Of a stretch of DNA of 43,245 nucleotides, positions 26,812 through 35,016 are shown one piece after another. Position numbers and translations under genes: made by a program. Every line of letters starts with the position of its first letter. Position 1 is the first letter of the stretch. This DNA is from Acidobacteriota bacterium (GTDB lineage: Bacteria; Acidobacteriota; UBA6911; JACQSX01), in the NCBI GenBank assembly GCA_036507075.1, contig DASXQR010000062.1:1-43245 (forward strand), given 5' to 3'. The notes below the pieces were generated by a model. It did not search any database. It had not been told where the DNA came from and saw only the letters and a list, made by a program, of their open reading frames with translations.

Positions 26812-29800
26812 ATGTTCCTTCATCCGCCCCGATTCTACCTGTTCATAGGCTTCGTTGTGACGTTCGGCGCGACGCTTCGAGGCGACAGTGTGCTGAACTT
26901 TCCCCGGTTATCCTTTGAGGAAAACACCCTTACTTCGCTGGCCATTGCTAATCCGACCGGGCAGAGCGCGGTTGTGCATTTCACCGCGTACGGAACCGAC
27001 GGAAAAATAATTTCAGCGACCGGCTTTCAGAATCCTTCCGACCTGACGGTGGCGCCATATCAACAGGTGGCCAAACTTGTCTCGGAAATCTTCGGCGGAA
27101 CGCTCCCCGCTTCCACCATCGGATGGTTCCAGGCGACCAGTTCCGTCGATGGACTGACAGGTTTTTTCGCTTACCTGGACAATCAATACCGCTTCTTCGA
27201 TGGAGCAGACCTTCCGCCGCCTGCAGCCAAAATCATTTTCAACCAGGCTCGCCTGGATTCCGGATATTCCACCGAGCTGAATATCATCAACGCGGGCGTT
27301 ACGGCGTCAAATCTTCAGTTGCAACTGGCGGGCAGCGGCTTGACTACAGTCAGCAAAAGCCTGGTCCTTCCCGCCAAGGGTGTGGCGCGGCTTGACGCTT
27401 CTTCCTTTTTTGGCTCAACCGCGGCCGGTCCTGCTTCCATCAGTGTCGCTTCCGATGCGGAAATCTCGGGATTCGAGCTGGTCAGAACCCCGGCCGGCGA
27501 CCTATTGGGATTAAACGCCCGTGATTCGGAAGAATTGCTGAGCAATATCTATTTTCCCCAGATGGCAGTGCTTGGATCCTGGACCACGGAAATCGGCTTG
27601 GTGAACTACTCGACTTCGCCGGTGATCCTTACCATTTCCGCCTACAAGCCGGATGGAACTCTTTACACCGCAGGCACCGTGAAGAACAATCCCGTCACAA
27701 GACCACTCGCGGCCGGAGGCCGGTTGCGGGAAGATGTCGCCTCGATGTTCGGTTTTTCGGGAACAGCCACGCTGGATGGCTGGATCCAGGTTCAGTCCAC
27801 ATCACCGGCCGTGAACGGCTACCTGAGTTACGGTTCTAATCGTTCCGTGGCGGCGATTGCTGCCGCGCCGCAGGGTCTTACCAACACACTTTTTTCTCAC
27901 ATCGGCACGACGTTGGGGTTCTACACCGGCGTCGCCGTTCTCAATTCAGGGGAGCAAGCGGCAAATGTGCGCATTCTGGCCTTGCAGGCCAATGGCCAGC
28001 TTCTGGGAAGTTTTAATACTGTGCTCGCGCCGCGCCAGCGTTTGAGCAACCTGATTGAGAATCTGATACCTCAAGCCGCGGGTCAGGGCGGCGGACTGAT
28101 CTGGGTAAAGAGTGACATTCCGGTTTATCCGATCGAGCTGTTTGGGACGGCAAATACGCTGGCCAATGTTCCTCCGCAGCCCGCGCCGGCCAGCTACGCT
28201 CCTGATGAAGGGCTGGTCACCTGGCGTCTCCTTCCTTCATTGGCTCCGGTACAAACGGGCAGCTCGCAGGCCTTTGTCGTTCAGTTTGGTACCGGGCCTT
28301 ATACGTGGAGGGTTAACGGTCTTCCGGGCGGTGATGCAGTTTTTGGCACGGTCACTACCGCTGGTGTTTACAAGGCTCCCACTGTGGAACCAGCGCAGGC
28401 TGTGACGGTAACAGCAGAAGGAAGCAACCAGGTAGCAGGCGCCTCGGTCGATGTGTTGCAGAAGGAGACGCTGATAACCGGGCTGGGAGCCGTTCAGTCG
28501 GTGGCCTATCTTGGTTCGCTTCAAAAAATCTATATTGCTGAATTGACGGCCGCCACCACGTCACAACCGACGGCCCAGGGTCCCACCAGCGGCGTTTCGG
28601 AAGTAACAACTGCGGGGATAAGAATTCCCATCATCAATTATTCCAACGAGACGGTCTCAAAGATGATCTCCTACGCCGCCTCCGACGGTAAGGAGTACCT
28701 CCTGCTTGCCGGCCAAACCAGCGGGCGGATTTTGAGGCTGAACCCAACCACGAAGGAATCGTTTGAAGTAGCCGCCGGGCTGAACCAGCCCAGTGCGATG
28801 GTAATCGACACGCTCTCGGGGGATCTTCTGGTAGCTGAAGCAGACACGATTTCCATTATCCCCAAGGCGGCGATTGACTCGGCCGGTCCCACAAAAGGTC
28901 CGCCGGGTCCGGCTCCACGGTTTGAGCGGGCATTGCTGTTCCCCGCCAATCGTCCGACCGGGATCAGCGCTGACCCGTGCACGGGCGATGTGTATTTTTC
29001 AGATGCAGTCAATTCTGCAGTTCAAGTCTACGTCCGGCGTACGGGAAATCTGCGTACCATTCCTTTCATCTCCGACCCAAGACAATTGATCGGTCTTTCG
29101 CGTAGCGGCGTGAGCTGCCCGCTGCCTCTTCACCTGCTCGTTGTTGAGCGAGGCCGGGACCGGATCCTCCTGGTGCTTCCCTTCGAGTCGAGTTTTCTGT
29201 CCTGGGTTCCGTCCCGTGGGACGACGGATATTGCTTTTCTGCCGAAAAACGGGAACTCATTCAAGACCGACAGTGTCCTGCTGGTTGAAGCGGGAGCCGG
29301 CGGCACGAACCAGATTTCGCTGGTTAGGGTCGGTGACAGCTACAAGACCGAGGTTTCCAATCCACCCTCGACGGCCACGGGGATCTCCGTTTCCATCACG
29401 CCCCCCAGCGCAACCGTGAACGTCGGGGCTCTGCAACAATTCAGCGCGTCCGTGCAAGGTGCCTCCAACAATCTGGTGATCTGGAGCGCTGCGGCCGGGT
29501 ATGTCAGCCGGACCGGTGTGTATCGGGCTCCGGCCAGGAGCGGAACTTATGCGGTGTCGGCAACGGCCGTCGCAGACCCGCGAAAATCAGCGCGCGCGCC
29601 CGTCAAAGTGGTGTGCCCGTCGACGGAATATACGGGCGCCAATCCGTTTCAAATCGTCACTTCGGTTTCGGGAAACGTCAGCGCCGGTCAGTCGGGCGTC
29701 CGGGCGGTGATTGTAGGAAGGGGGGACCTGACGAACTTTGCGCGTAACATTCCACTCCCGACGCGAATCAACGATCCGCTTTGCGGTATTGGAATTCTCT

Positions 29801-30072
29801 TCAGAGTGGAAGGGATTTCCGCGCAGCCTTTGCTTCTGACGCAGGCGCAGAGATTCGGAGATTTCAGCGGATGGCCGGCCCTGCTGGATCCGGCTACCGG
29901 AGCCCCCTTCACCGCCAATCGAATCCCGATTACGCGTTTGAACGATGTGATGGCCCTTCCCGTTCTGCTGGAGGCAGACGCCACGGTGCGCTCCGGAAAT
30001 TATGGGTTTAGTATCGTCGGTCCGGGTGGGGAGGTGATCGCATCCGGCACGGTGACGCTGGTGGTGAAATGA
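26812..30072 (+). CDS. Large secreted multidomain protein (3 repeat domains, Ig-like domains, NHL/SMP-30-like propeller)
   Basis: Signal peptide; GLNQPSAMVID and PTGISADP propeller motifs; VSITPPSATV...QQFSASV...GVYRAP Ig-like domain. ATG 26791 lies in the repeat, so 26812 is preferred. Confidence 0.8.
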   Translation: MFLHPPRFYLFIGFVVTFGATLRGDSVLNFPRLSFEENTLTSLAIANPTGQSAVVHFTAYGTDGKIISATGFQNPSDLTVAPYQQVAKLVSEIFGGTLPASTIGWFQATSSVDGLTGFFAYLDNQYRFFDGADLPPPAAKIIFNQARLDSGYSTELNIINAGVTASNLQLQLAGSGLTTVSKSLVLPAKGVARLDASSFFGSTAAGPASISVASDAEISGFELVRTPAGDLLGLNARDSEELLSNIYFPQMAVLGSWTTEIGLVNYSTSPVILTISAYKPDGTLYTAGTVKNNPVTRPLAAGGRLREDVASMFGFSGTATLDGWIQVQSTSPAVNGYLSYGSNRSVAAIAAAPQGLTNTLFSHIGTTLGFYTGVAVLNSGEQAANVRILALQANGQLLGSFNTVLAPRQRLSNLIENLIPQAAGQGGGLIWVKSDIPVYPIELFGTANTLANVPPQPAPASYAPDEGLVTWRLLPSLAPVQTGSSQAFVVQFGTGPYTWRVNGLPGGDAVFGTVTTAGVYKAPTVEPAQAVTVTAEGSNQVAGASVDVLQKETLITGLGAVQSVAYLGSLQKIYIAELTAATTSQPTAQGPTSGVSEVTTAGIRIPIINYSNETVSKMISYAASDGKEYLLLAGQTSGRILRLNPTTKESFEVAAGLNQPSAMVIDTLSGDLLVAEADTISIIPKAAIDSAGPTKGPPGPAPRFERALLFPANRPTGISADPCTGDVYFSDAVNSAVQVYVRRTGNLRTIPFISDPRQLIGLSRSGVSCPLPLHLLVVERGRDRILLVLPFESSFLSWVPSRGTTDIAFLPKNGNSFKTDSVLLVEAGAGGTNQISLVRVGDSYKTEVSNPPSTATGISVSITPPSATVNVGALQQFSASVQGASNNLVIWSAAAGYVSRTGVYRAPARSGTYAVSATAVADPRKSARAPVKVVCPSTEYTGANPFQIVTSVSGNVSAGQSGVRAVIVGRGDLTNFARNIPLPTRINDPLCGIGILFRVEGISAQPLLLTQAQRFGDFSGWPALLDPATGAPFTANRIPITRLNDVMALPVLLEADATVRSGNYGFSIVGPGGEVIASGTVTLVVK

Positions 30073-30467
30073 GCCTTACGGGGTTTCGGGTTACCGGGTT
30101 TCCCCGGGTTCCCGGGTTCCGGGTTCCGGGTTCCGGGTTCCGGGTTCCCGGGTTCCCGGTTCCGAGTTCCGGGTTGCGCGTTCCGAGGTTGCGGGTTCCG
30201 GGGTTGCGGGTTTCGAGGTTGCGGATCTCGAGGTTGCGGATTTCGGTTGCGGGTTCCCGCTGTGGTACTGAAAGCGTGATGGGCTGCCCTTGATCAATCT
30301 TCAGTGTAACGGATCATGGGACGCAGCTTCGACCAGGGAACCCAGCACATAACCGTGACTCGGAACTCTTAAACCCGCAACCCGGTAACCCTCAACCTGT
30401 GACCCGGAACCTGGAACCCGGGAACCCGGAACCCGGTAACCCGGTAACCCGCAACCCGTGAACGGCT
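30073..30467. repeat. Large heptamer inverted-repeat element (GGGTTCC/GGGTTGC vs GGAACCC/GCAACCC) with ~100 bp unique spacer
   Basis: Left array ~30078-30259, right array ~30358-30460; spans the gap between convergent stops. Confidence 0.92.
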
Positions 30468-31241
30468 TCAGTGCGTCATCGAGTAGACGATGTAATTGCT
30501 GGTGAGCTGAAACGCGAGTTTTCCGTATTCCTGGGCATATTGCCTCACTTCGGCCCACTCCCAGGCGTCACCCAGGTCCACGTTATGGTTGATCATGACC
30601 ATCAGGCGGCCCTTGCTGTCCTGAATTCCCATGTATCTGGCCCGATAGCCGTCTTTCTCCCATGTTCGCCCGCTGTACAGGTATTGAACGCCGGGAATCT
30701 GTATCAGCTTGTCGATGTCATAAAAGCAGTGAAAAATGGGGTGCGAAACGTCCAGGTCTACCGGTTCGTATTCGGGAAAGACTTTTTTTATCTGTTCGTA
30801 AAAGTTCTGCCACTCATAGGTACCGTGGAAATCGTCCACCACTAGAAAGCCGCCGCGCAGCAGATATTCTCGAAGATGCGCCGCGTCCTGATCGGAGAGT
30901 TCCATGTAGCCGACTTCCACGGCATAAAGAAACGGATATCGGAACAGCTCCGGATCGTTGAGCGTTACCACGCGCGGTTCAGGGTCGATAAAGAGCAGCT
31001 CGCTGAATTTGCGTAGCCCGTAAATCAACTGGTAATCGGCTTTGGGATAATCGGTCGCCCAGGAGTTCCCGCGCCAGCCGTTTCCGGAGTAGATAAGCCG
31101 GGCGAACGTGAATCGTGAGGCACGAGGAATATTGCTTCGTGGTCCCGCGACCGAATCAGTTATGGTCCGTTTTCGAGCCGGTTGATCCGCCGGAATTGCG
31201 GAAACAGCCATCAGTATCACGAGCAGAAACCGCTTAATCAT
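30468..31241 (-). CDS. DUF4159 domain protein, secreted
   Basis: FTFARLIY, WATDYPKAD, LFRYPFLY, LREYLLRGGFLVVDDF, HPIFH, DLGDAWE; MIKRFLL signal peptide. Confidence 0.85.
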   Translation of the reverse strand: MIKRFLLVILMAVSAIPADQPARKRTITDSVAGPRSNIPRASRFTFARLIYSGNGWRGNSWATDYPKADYQLIYGLRKFSELLFIDPEPRVVTLNDPELFRYPFLYAVEVGYMELSDQDAAHLREYLLRGGFLVVDDFHGTYEWQNFYEQIKKVFPEYEPVDLDVSHPIFHCFYDIDKLIQIPGVQYLYSGRTWEKDGYRARYMGIQDSKGRLMVMINHNVDLGDAWEWAEVRQYAQEYGKLAFQLTSNYIVYSMTH

Positions 31242-31368
31242 GGCCTGATGGGATATTATACTCGCGACAACAAAGCCCTGGGGGTCAGATCTTCGGAATG
31301 GAATTATTGAAGAAACGCAACCGGACTCCATTTCCGAACTCCCCAGACGCGTATCCATGGAGCTCATT

Positions 31369-32118
31369 ATGAAAAGATCCTTTTTTGCAGCTATGTTCGC
31401 CGTTGTCCTGCTCTCGTTTGCGCTTCTCTTTCCCGAGCCTCAGGATGCGCCACCGAAGGGATTTGTCTCGCTTTTCAACGGAAAGGATTTTTCCGGCTGG
31501 AAGGTCCCGCAGGGGGACAACGGGCACTGGAAGGTGGCTGCCGGGGCAATCGATTACGACGCCCAGAGCGAAGCTTCCAGCGACAAGAACCTGTGGAGCC
31601 AGAAGTCCTACAAGGATTTTGTGCTGCGCATCGACTGGCGAATCAAGGAAACACCTTACAAGAATCCGAATGTGCCGATCGTCAAGCCCGATGGAACCCA
31701 CAAGCTGGACGAAAACGGCAAGGAAATCACTATGGTGGTACCGGATTCAGACTCGGGAGTTTTCTTGAGGGGATCATCCAAGTCCCAGGTAAACATCTGG
31801 TGCTGGCCGCTCGGCTCGGGCGAAGTGTACGGCTACCGCATGGATACGAAGATGCCCAAAGAGGTGCGGGCCGGAGTAACTCCCAGGATAAACGCCGACA
31901 AAAACATCGGAGAATGGAATACATTCGAAATCACCATGAGAGGCGACCGGCTGACCGTGGTGCTCAATGGAATGACTGTGATTCAGAACGCGCAGTTGCC
32001 CGGCATTCCCGCCGAAGGAGCGATCGCACTGCAGCATCATGGAAGCAAGCGCGACGGACAATGGACCGCGCCGCCGGCTTTGGTGCAATTCCGGAATATC
32101 TATATCAAGGAGCTCTAG
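31369..32118 (+). CDS. DUF1080 / 3-keto-disaccharide hydrolase family protein
   Basis: GFVSLFNGKDFSGW, DSGVFLRG, GEWNTFEI, IALQHHG, QFRNIYIKEL; GGAG before ATG 31369. Confidence 0.88.
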   Translation: MKRSFFAAMFAVVLLSFALLFPEPQDAPPKGFVSLFNGKDFSGWKVPQGDNGHWKVAAGAIDYDAQSEASSDKNLWSQKSYKDFVLRIDWRIKETPYKNPNVPIVKPDGTHKLDENGKEITMVVPDSDSGVFLRGSSKSQVNIWCWPLGSGEVYGYRMDTKMPKEVRAGVTPRINADKNIGEWNTFEITMRGDRLTVVLNGMTVIQNAQLPGIPAEGAIALQHHGSKRDGQWTAPPALVQFRNIYIKEL

Positions 32119-32129
32119 AGCTCGCTCCC

Positions 32130-32158
32130 CTTTGTGTCCTTCGTGTCTTTGTGGTGAA
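32130..32158. repeat. Lone right arm of a family A-type element
   Basis: ctttgtgtccttcgtgtctttgtggtgaa between convergent genes. Confidence 0.7.
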
Positions 32159-32163
32159 AGGTA

Positions 32164-32931
32164 CTAGGCGTGAGAGCCGTTCGCCTGGCTCATGCGGTAC
32201 AGATTGACTCGTCGAGCGTAGTAGTTGGCGAGGGCCACGGGAATAACCGCGGCGATGATCAGGTAATTAGCGGGACTGAAGAAGGCAAAAATGATGGCCG
32301 CGGTCGATTCGTTCAGAATGTTGGCGGCCGAAAGCCAGGCGAAATTGCGGCTCCAGATCGTAAAGAACGGCCGGCCGAGCACCAGAGAGATTGCCAGCGC
32401 CACCATGGCCGTGTTGAGCGCGAAATAAAGCAGCCCGGCCACATTGACCAGCACGAGAAGTTTCAGGTTCAGCGCGATTTCCGAGGGATCGAGCGGGTAT
32501 GCTCGACCCATCATCCAGTAGAACACGCGCCCCACAACGTAGGTCGCCAGCGCCAGCTCGGCAACATTGAATAACTGCTTGTACGCCCGTTTGACGCGGA
32601 CTCTTAAGCTGCTGGCGATTCCTTCCAAGCCCGCCAGCGTCACGGCCACATGGAATCCGAAGAGAAGCAGCGCTGCGAAAACGAAAACGTCGCTCACCGA
32701 GATAGTCAGCGACTGGCCCTTGATCTTCATTAGAGGAACACGGACTGCCAGAACGCTTCCCACAACCGTGAAGGCCGCCAGGTAGAGCCACCGCACGTCT
32801 GTCACCTTCATCGTTTGATACGCGCTGAAGGCCAGCAGTGGCAACCCCGCCGCGATTACGATGCCGATGTAACCTTTGGCCGCCGCGGAGAGCGTCTGAT
32901 TGTTTGCCGTGTTACTAGAACCTTGAGACAA
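32164..32931 (-). CDS. Polytopic membrane protein resembling the N-terminal membrane sensor domain of HD-GYP/GGDEF proteins, no output domain
   Basis: About 7-8 TM segments; TISVSDVFVFAALLLFG, LFNVA, YFALNT motifs; TTG start after GAGG; 37 bp downstream of the S8 gene. Confidence 0.65.
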   Translation of the reverse strand: MSQGSSNTANNQTLSAAAKGYIGIVIAAGLPLLAFSAYQTMKVTDVRWLYLAAFTVVGSVLAVRVPLMKIKGQSLTISVSDVFVFAALLLFGFHVAVTLAGLEGIASSLRVRVKRAYKQLFNVAELALATYVVGRVFYWMMGRAYPLDPSEIALNLKLLVLVNVAGLLYFALNTAMVALAISLVLGRPFFTIWSRNFAWLSAANILNESTAAIIFAFFSPANYLIIAAVIPVALANYYARRVNLYRMSQANGSHA

Positions 32932-32968
32932 GATACCCTCTGATTTTAGTTAATCAGACCTTGGAAAG

Positions 32969-34804
32969 TTACCGCGGGTCCCCTGGGAATGAATCCGTCC
33001 AGATCACCCCGTCGAGGGGATCGAGGGGATCCCCAGCCCCTACGTCATCTGCCCAGATGACGCTGTCAGACCAGATGACACCATCGTCGCCACTGGGGGT
33101 GTCGTTCACCCAGAGAATTCCATCAGACCAGATCACGCCGTCGTCGCCAACGATGATGCCGTCATCCGACCAGAGTACGTCATCAGCCCAGACGACGCTG
33201 GTGGTGGAAAGGAATCCCTTGGTCCAATTCGTTCCGTCGGCCCAGACAATGGAGGTGCTCCACTGAACGCCGCTGCCCCATTTGCTGTTAACCGAAGCGT
33301 TGACCAGCGGGCTGAAGAAAGTCTTTTTGCCGCTGGAGAAAGCGCCGCCGGCCCAAACCTTTTCGCCGTCGATGTAGAGATAGGGAACGATGGTTCCGAT
33401 TTGAGTTTTGGATTTCGTGTCGAGCTGGCGGGCAAACTGTACCGACGTCAGCGCGTTAACCATTCCGTTGCCCTGCTCAAGCATGTGCAGGTTCTGCAGC
33501 TTGATCGCCGTGAGGCCGAGGATCAACTTCACCAGTTTCGGGTTGAGGCCCGAATTCGCCTGCAGCATCAACGCTACCGTTCCGGAAACATACGGGGTGG
33601 CCATGCTCGAACCGCTAAGGTTCAAATAGCCGTTACCCGCGATCAGATCGGGATGGAGCTGCGCAATCCGGCAGCCAGGCGACAGTAAAGAAACAATTCG
33701 GTTGCCCGGAGCAGAGATGTCGGGCTTGAACAAGTTGTCCAGATAGGTGGGGCCGCGCGAGCCATATGTGGTCGCGATATCGTCAGAGTGAGTAGCGGTG
33801 TCCCGAGTGTTGACCGGGTACACTGTAATCACCGCCGGGTCATTTCCGGGACTGTCGATGGCGCCCCAGATCTTCGCATGCGTCGCATCTTTTCCAAGGT
33901 TGCCGGAGGAAGCGATTACCGTTACACCGGCCGCGATCAATCTTTCAACGGCCTGGCAAACCGGATCGTTGCGATAGCCTTCAATCGGGGAATGACCCAG
34001 AGAGAAATTCGCTACGCGGACATTGTAAACATTCTTGTTCTGGACCACCCAGTCGATGGCATTGATCAAACTGCTGGACGTTCCCCCGCCCAAATCATCG
34101 ATCACCTTTACATCGAGGAGCCTGACGTTGCTGGCCACGCCGCGATTCAAACCGCCCGACACTGTACCGTTGCCGCCAATAATTCCGGCGACATGCGTTC
34201 CATGGCCATAGCCATCAATGTTGCTTGCAACCACGACAGGGACGCCTGAGGTCGCATCAACAGCACCCACAATCCTGCCGGCCAGATCCGGATGCGGATA
34301 AATCCCGGAATCAAACACGGCCACCGTTACACCCTGGCCCGTAAAGCCCTGGCTGTTTGCCTGGTCAGCGCCAATAGTAGTCAGTGAAACGTTCCGGGGA
34401 GGAGCCACCAGATCGGTTACTCCACCCAGTTGGTGCGGATTCAGCGCGGCGTCGATTGTGACGTACCGGACATTCTTGTCCTTCAGCAGATTCTTGATTT
34501 TTGCGCCGTTGTGCTTGGAGGCATACCCGTTGATGGAAGGCAACTTCTTTGCCTTGCTCGGGATGGCCTTATCTTTATCCTGCACGGTCGGGTAATACTG
34601 GACGATAACGGGAATATCTTTGGTATTTAAGAGAGCAGGACCGTAATAAATGATGAGCTGCCGTAAAACCGGCGAAATCTTATAAGAAAACTCGTCCAGC
34701 GGATCCTTATCGGCGAGTACCGGAATCGCCAGGGACCAGAACGTGAGCATCAGGATCACGCTGATCGTCAGTTTTCTTCGATTTATAACCCAATTCGTTC
34801 GCAT
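32969..34804 (-). CDS. Secreted S8 (subtilisin-like) serine peptidase with Trp/Asp-rich repeat tail
   Basis: Signal peptide, prodomain, triad VAVFDSG / GHGTHVAG / SGSSMATP, KPDISAPG; tail repeats such as GVIWSD and SVIWAD. Confidence 0.92.
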   Translation of the reverse strand: MRTNWVINRRKLTISVILMLTFWSLAIPVLADKDPLDEFSYKISPVLRQLIIYYGPALLNTKDIPVIVQYYPTVQDKDKAIPSKAKKLPSINGYASKHNGAKIKNLLKDKNVRYVTIDAALNPHQLGGVTDLVAPPRNVSLTTIGADQANSQGFTGQGVTVAVFDSGIYPHPDLAGRIVGAVDATSGVPVVVASNIDGYGHGTHVAGIIGGNGTVSGGLNRGVASNVRLLDVKVIDDLGGGTSSSLINAIDWVVQNKNVYNVRVANFSLGHSPIEGYRNDPVCQAVERLIAAGVTVIASSGNLGKDATHAKIWGAIDSPGNDPAVITVYPVNTRDTATHSDDIATTYGSRGPTYLDNLFKPDISAPGNRIVSLLSPGCRIAQLHPDLIAGNGYLNLSGSSMATPYVSGTVALMLQANSGLNPKLVKLILGLTAIKLQNLHMLEQGNGMVNALTSVQFARQLDTKSKTQIGTIVPYLYIDGEKVWAGGAFSSGKKTFFSPLVNASVNSKWGSGVQWSTSIVWADGTNWTKGFLSTTSVVWADDVLWSDDGIIVGDDGVIWSDGILWVNDTPSGDDGVIWSDSVIWADDVGAGDPLDPLDGVIWTDSFPGDPR

Positions 34805-34819
34805 TGCGGGCTGTATCAG

Positions 34820-34834
34820 GCAAGACCCATGCCA
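34820..34834 (-). promoter_or_regulatory. Sigma54 (-24/-12) promoter of the S8 gene
   Basis: Minus strand TGGCATGGGTCTTGC: GG-N10-GC, one mismatch from TGGCAC-N5-TTGC; AT-rich tract upstream. Confidence 0.7.
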
Positions 34835-35016
34835 CTTCCCCTACCCGACCGGTAAAAGCAGCCAGAAAACCCCTTAATATATGAAAACAAAACTGTTAAA
34901 GTTTGAGGGTCGAGGGTCTGAAAGGGGGGATGGAAAGAAGTGCGGTTAAAAAAGCGCCACAAATATGGCGAACACTGACGGATCCCTGTCGGATTGAAAG
35001 TTTTGCAGCGAAAACC

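Noticed and set aside
30073..30467. Possible CRISPR array, or short ORFs 30069-30293, 30091-30297 and 30301-30558
   Set aside because: Contiguous 7-mers with no repeat-spacer periodicity and no cas genes; the ORFs are translations of the repeat.
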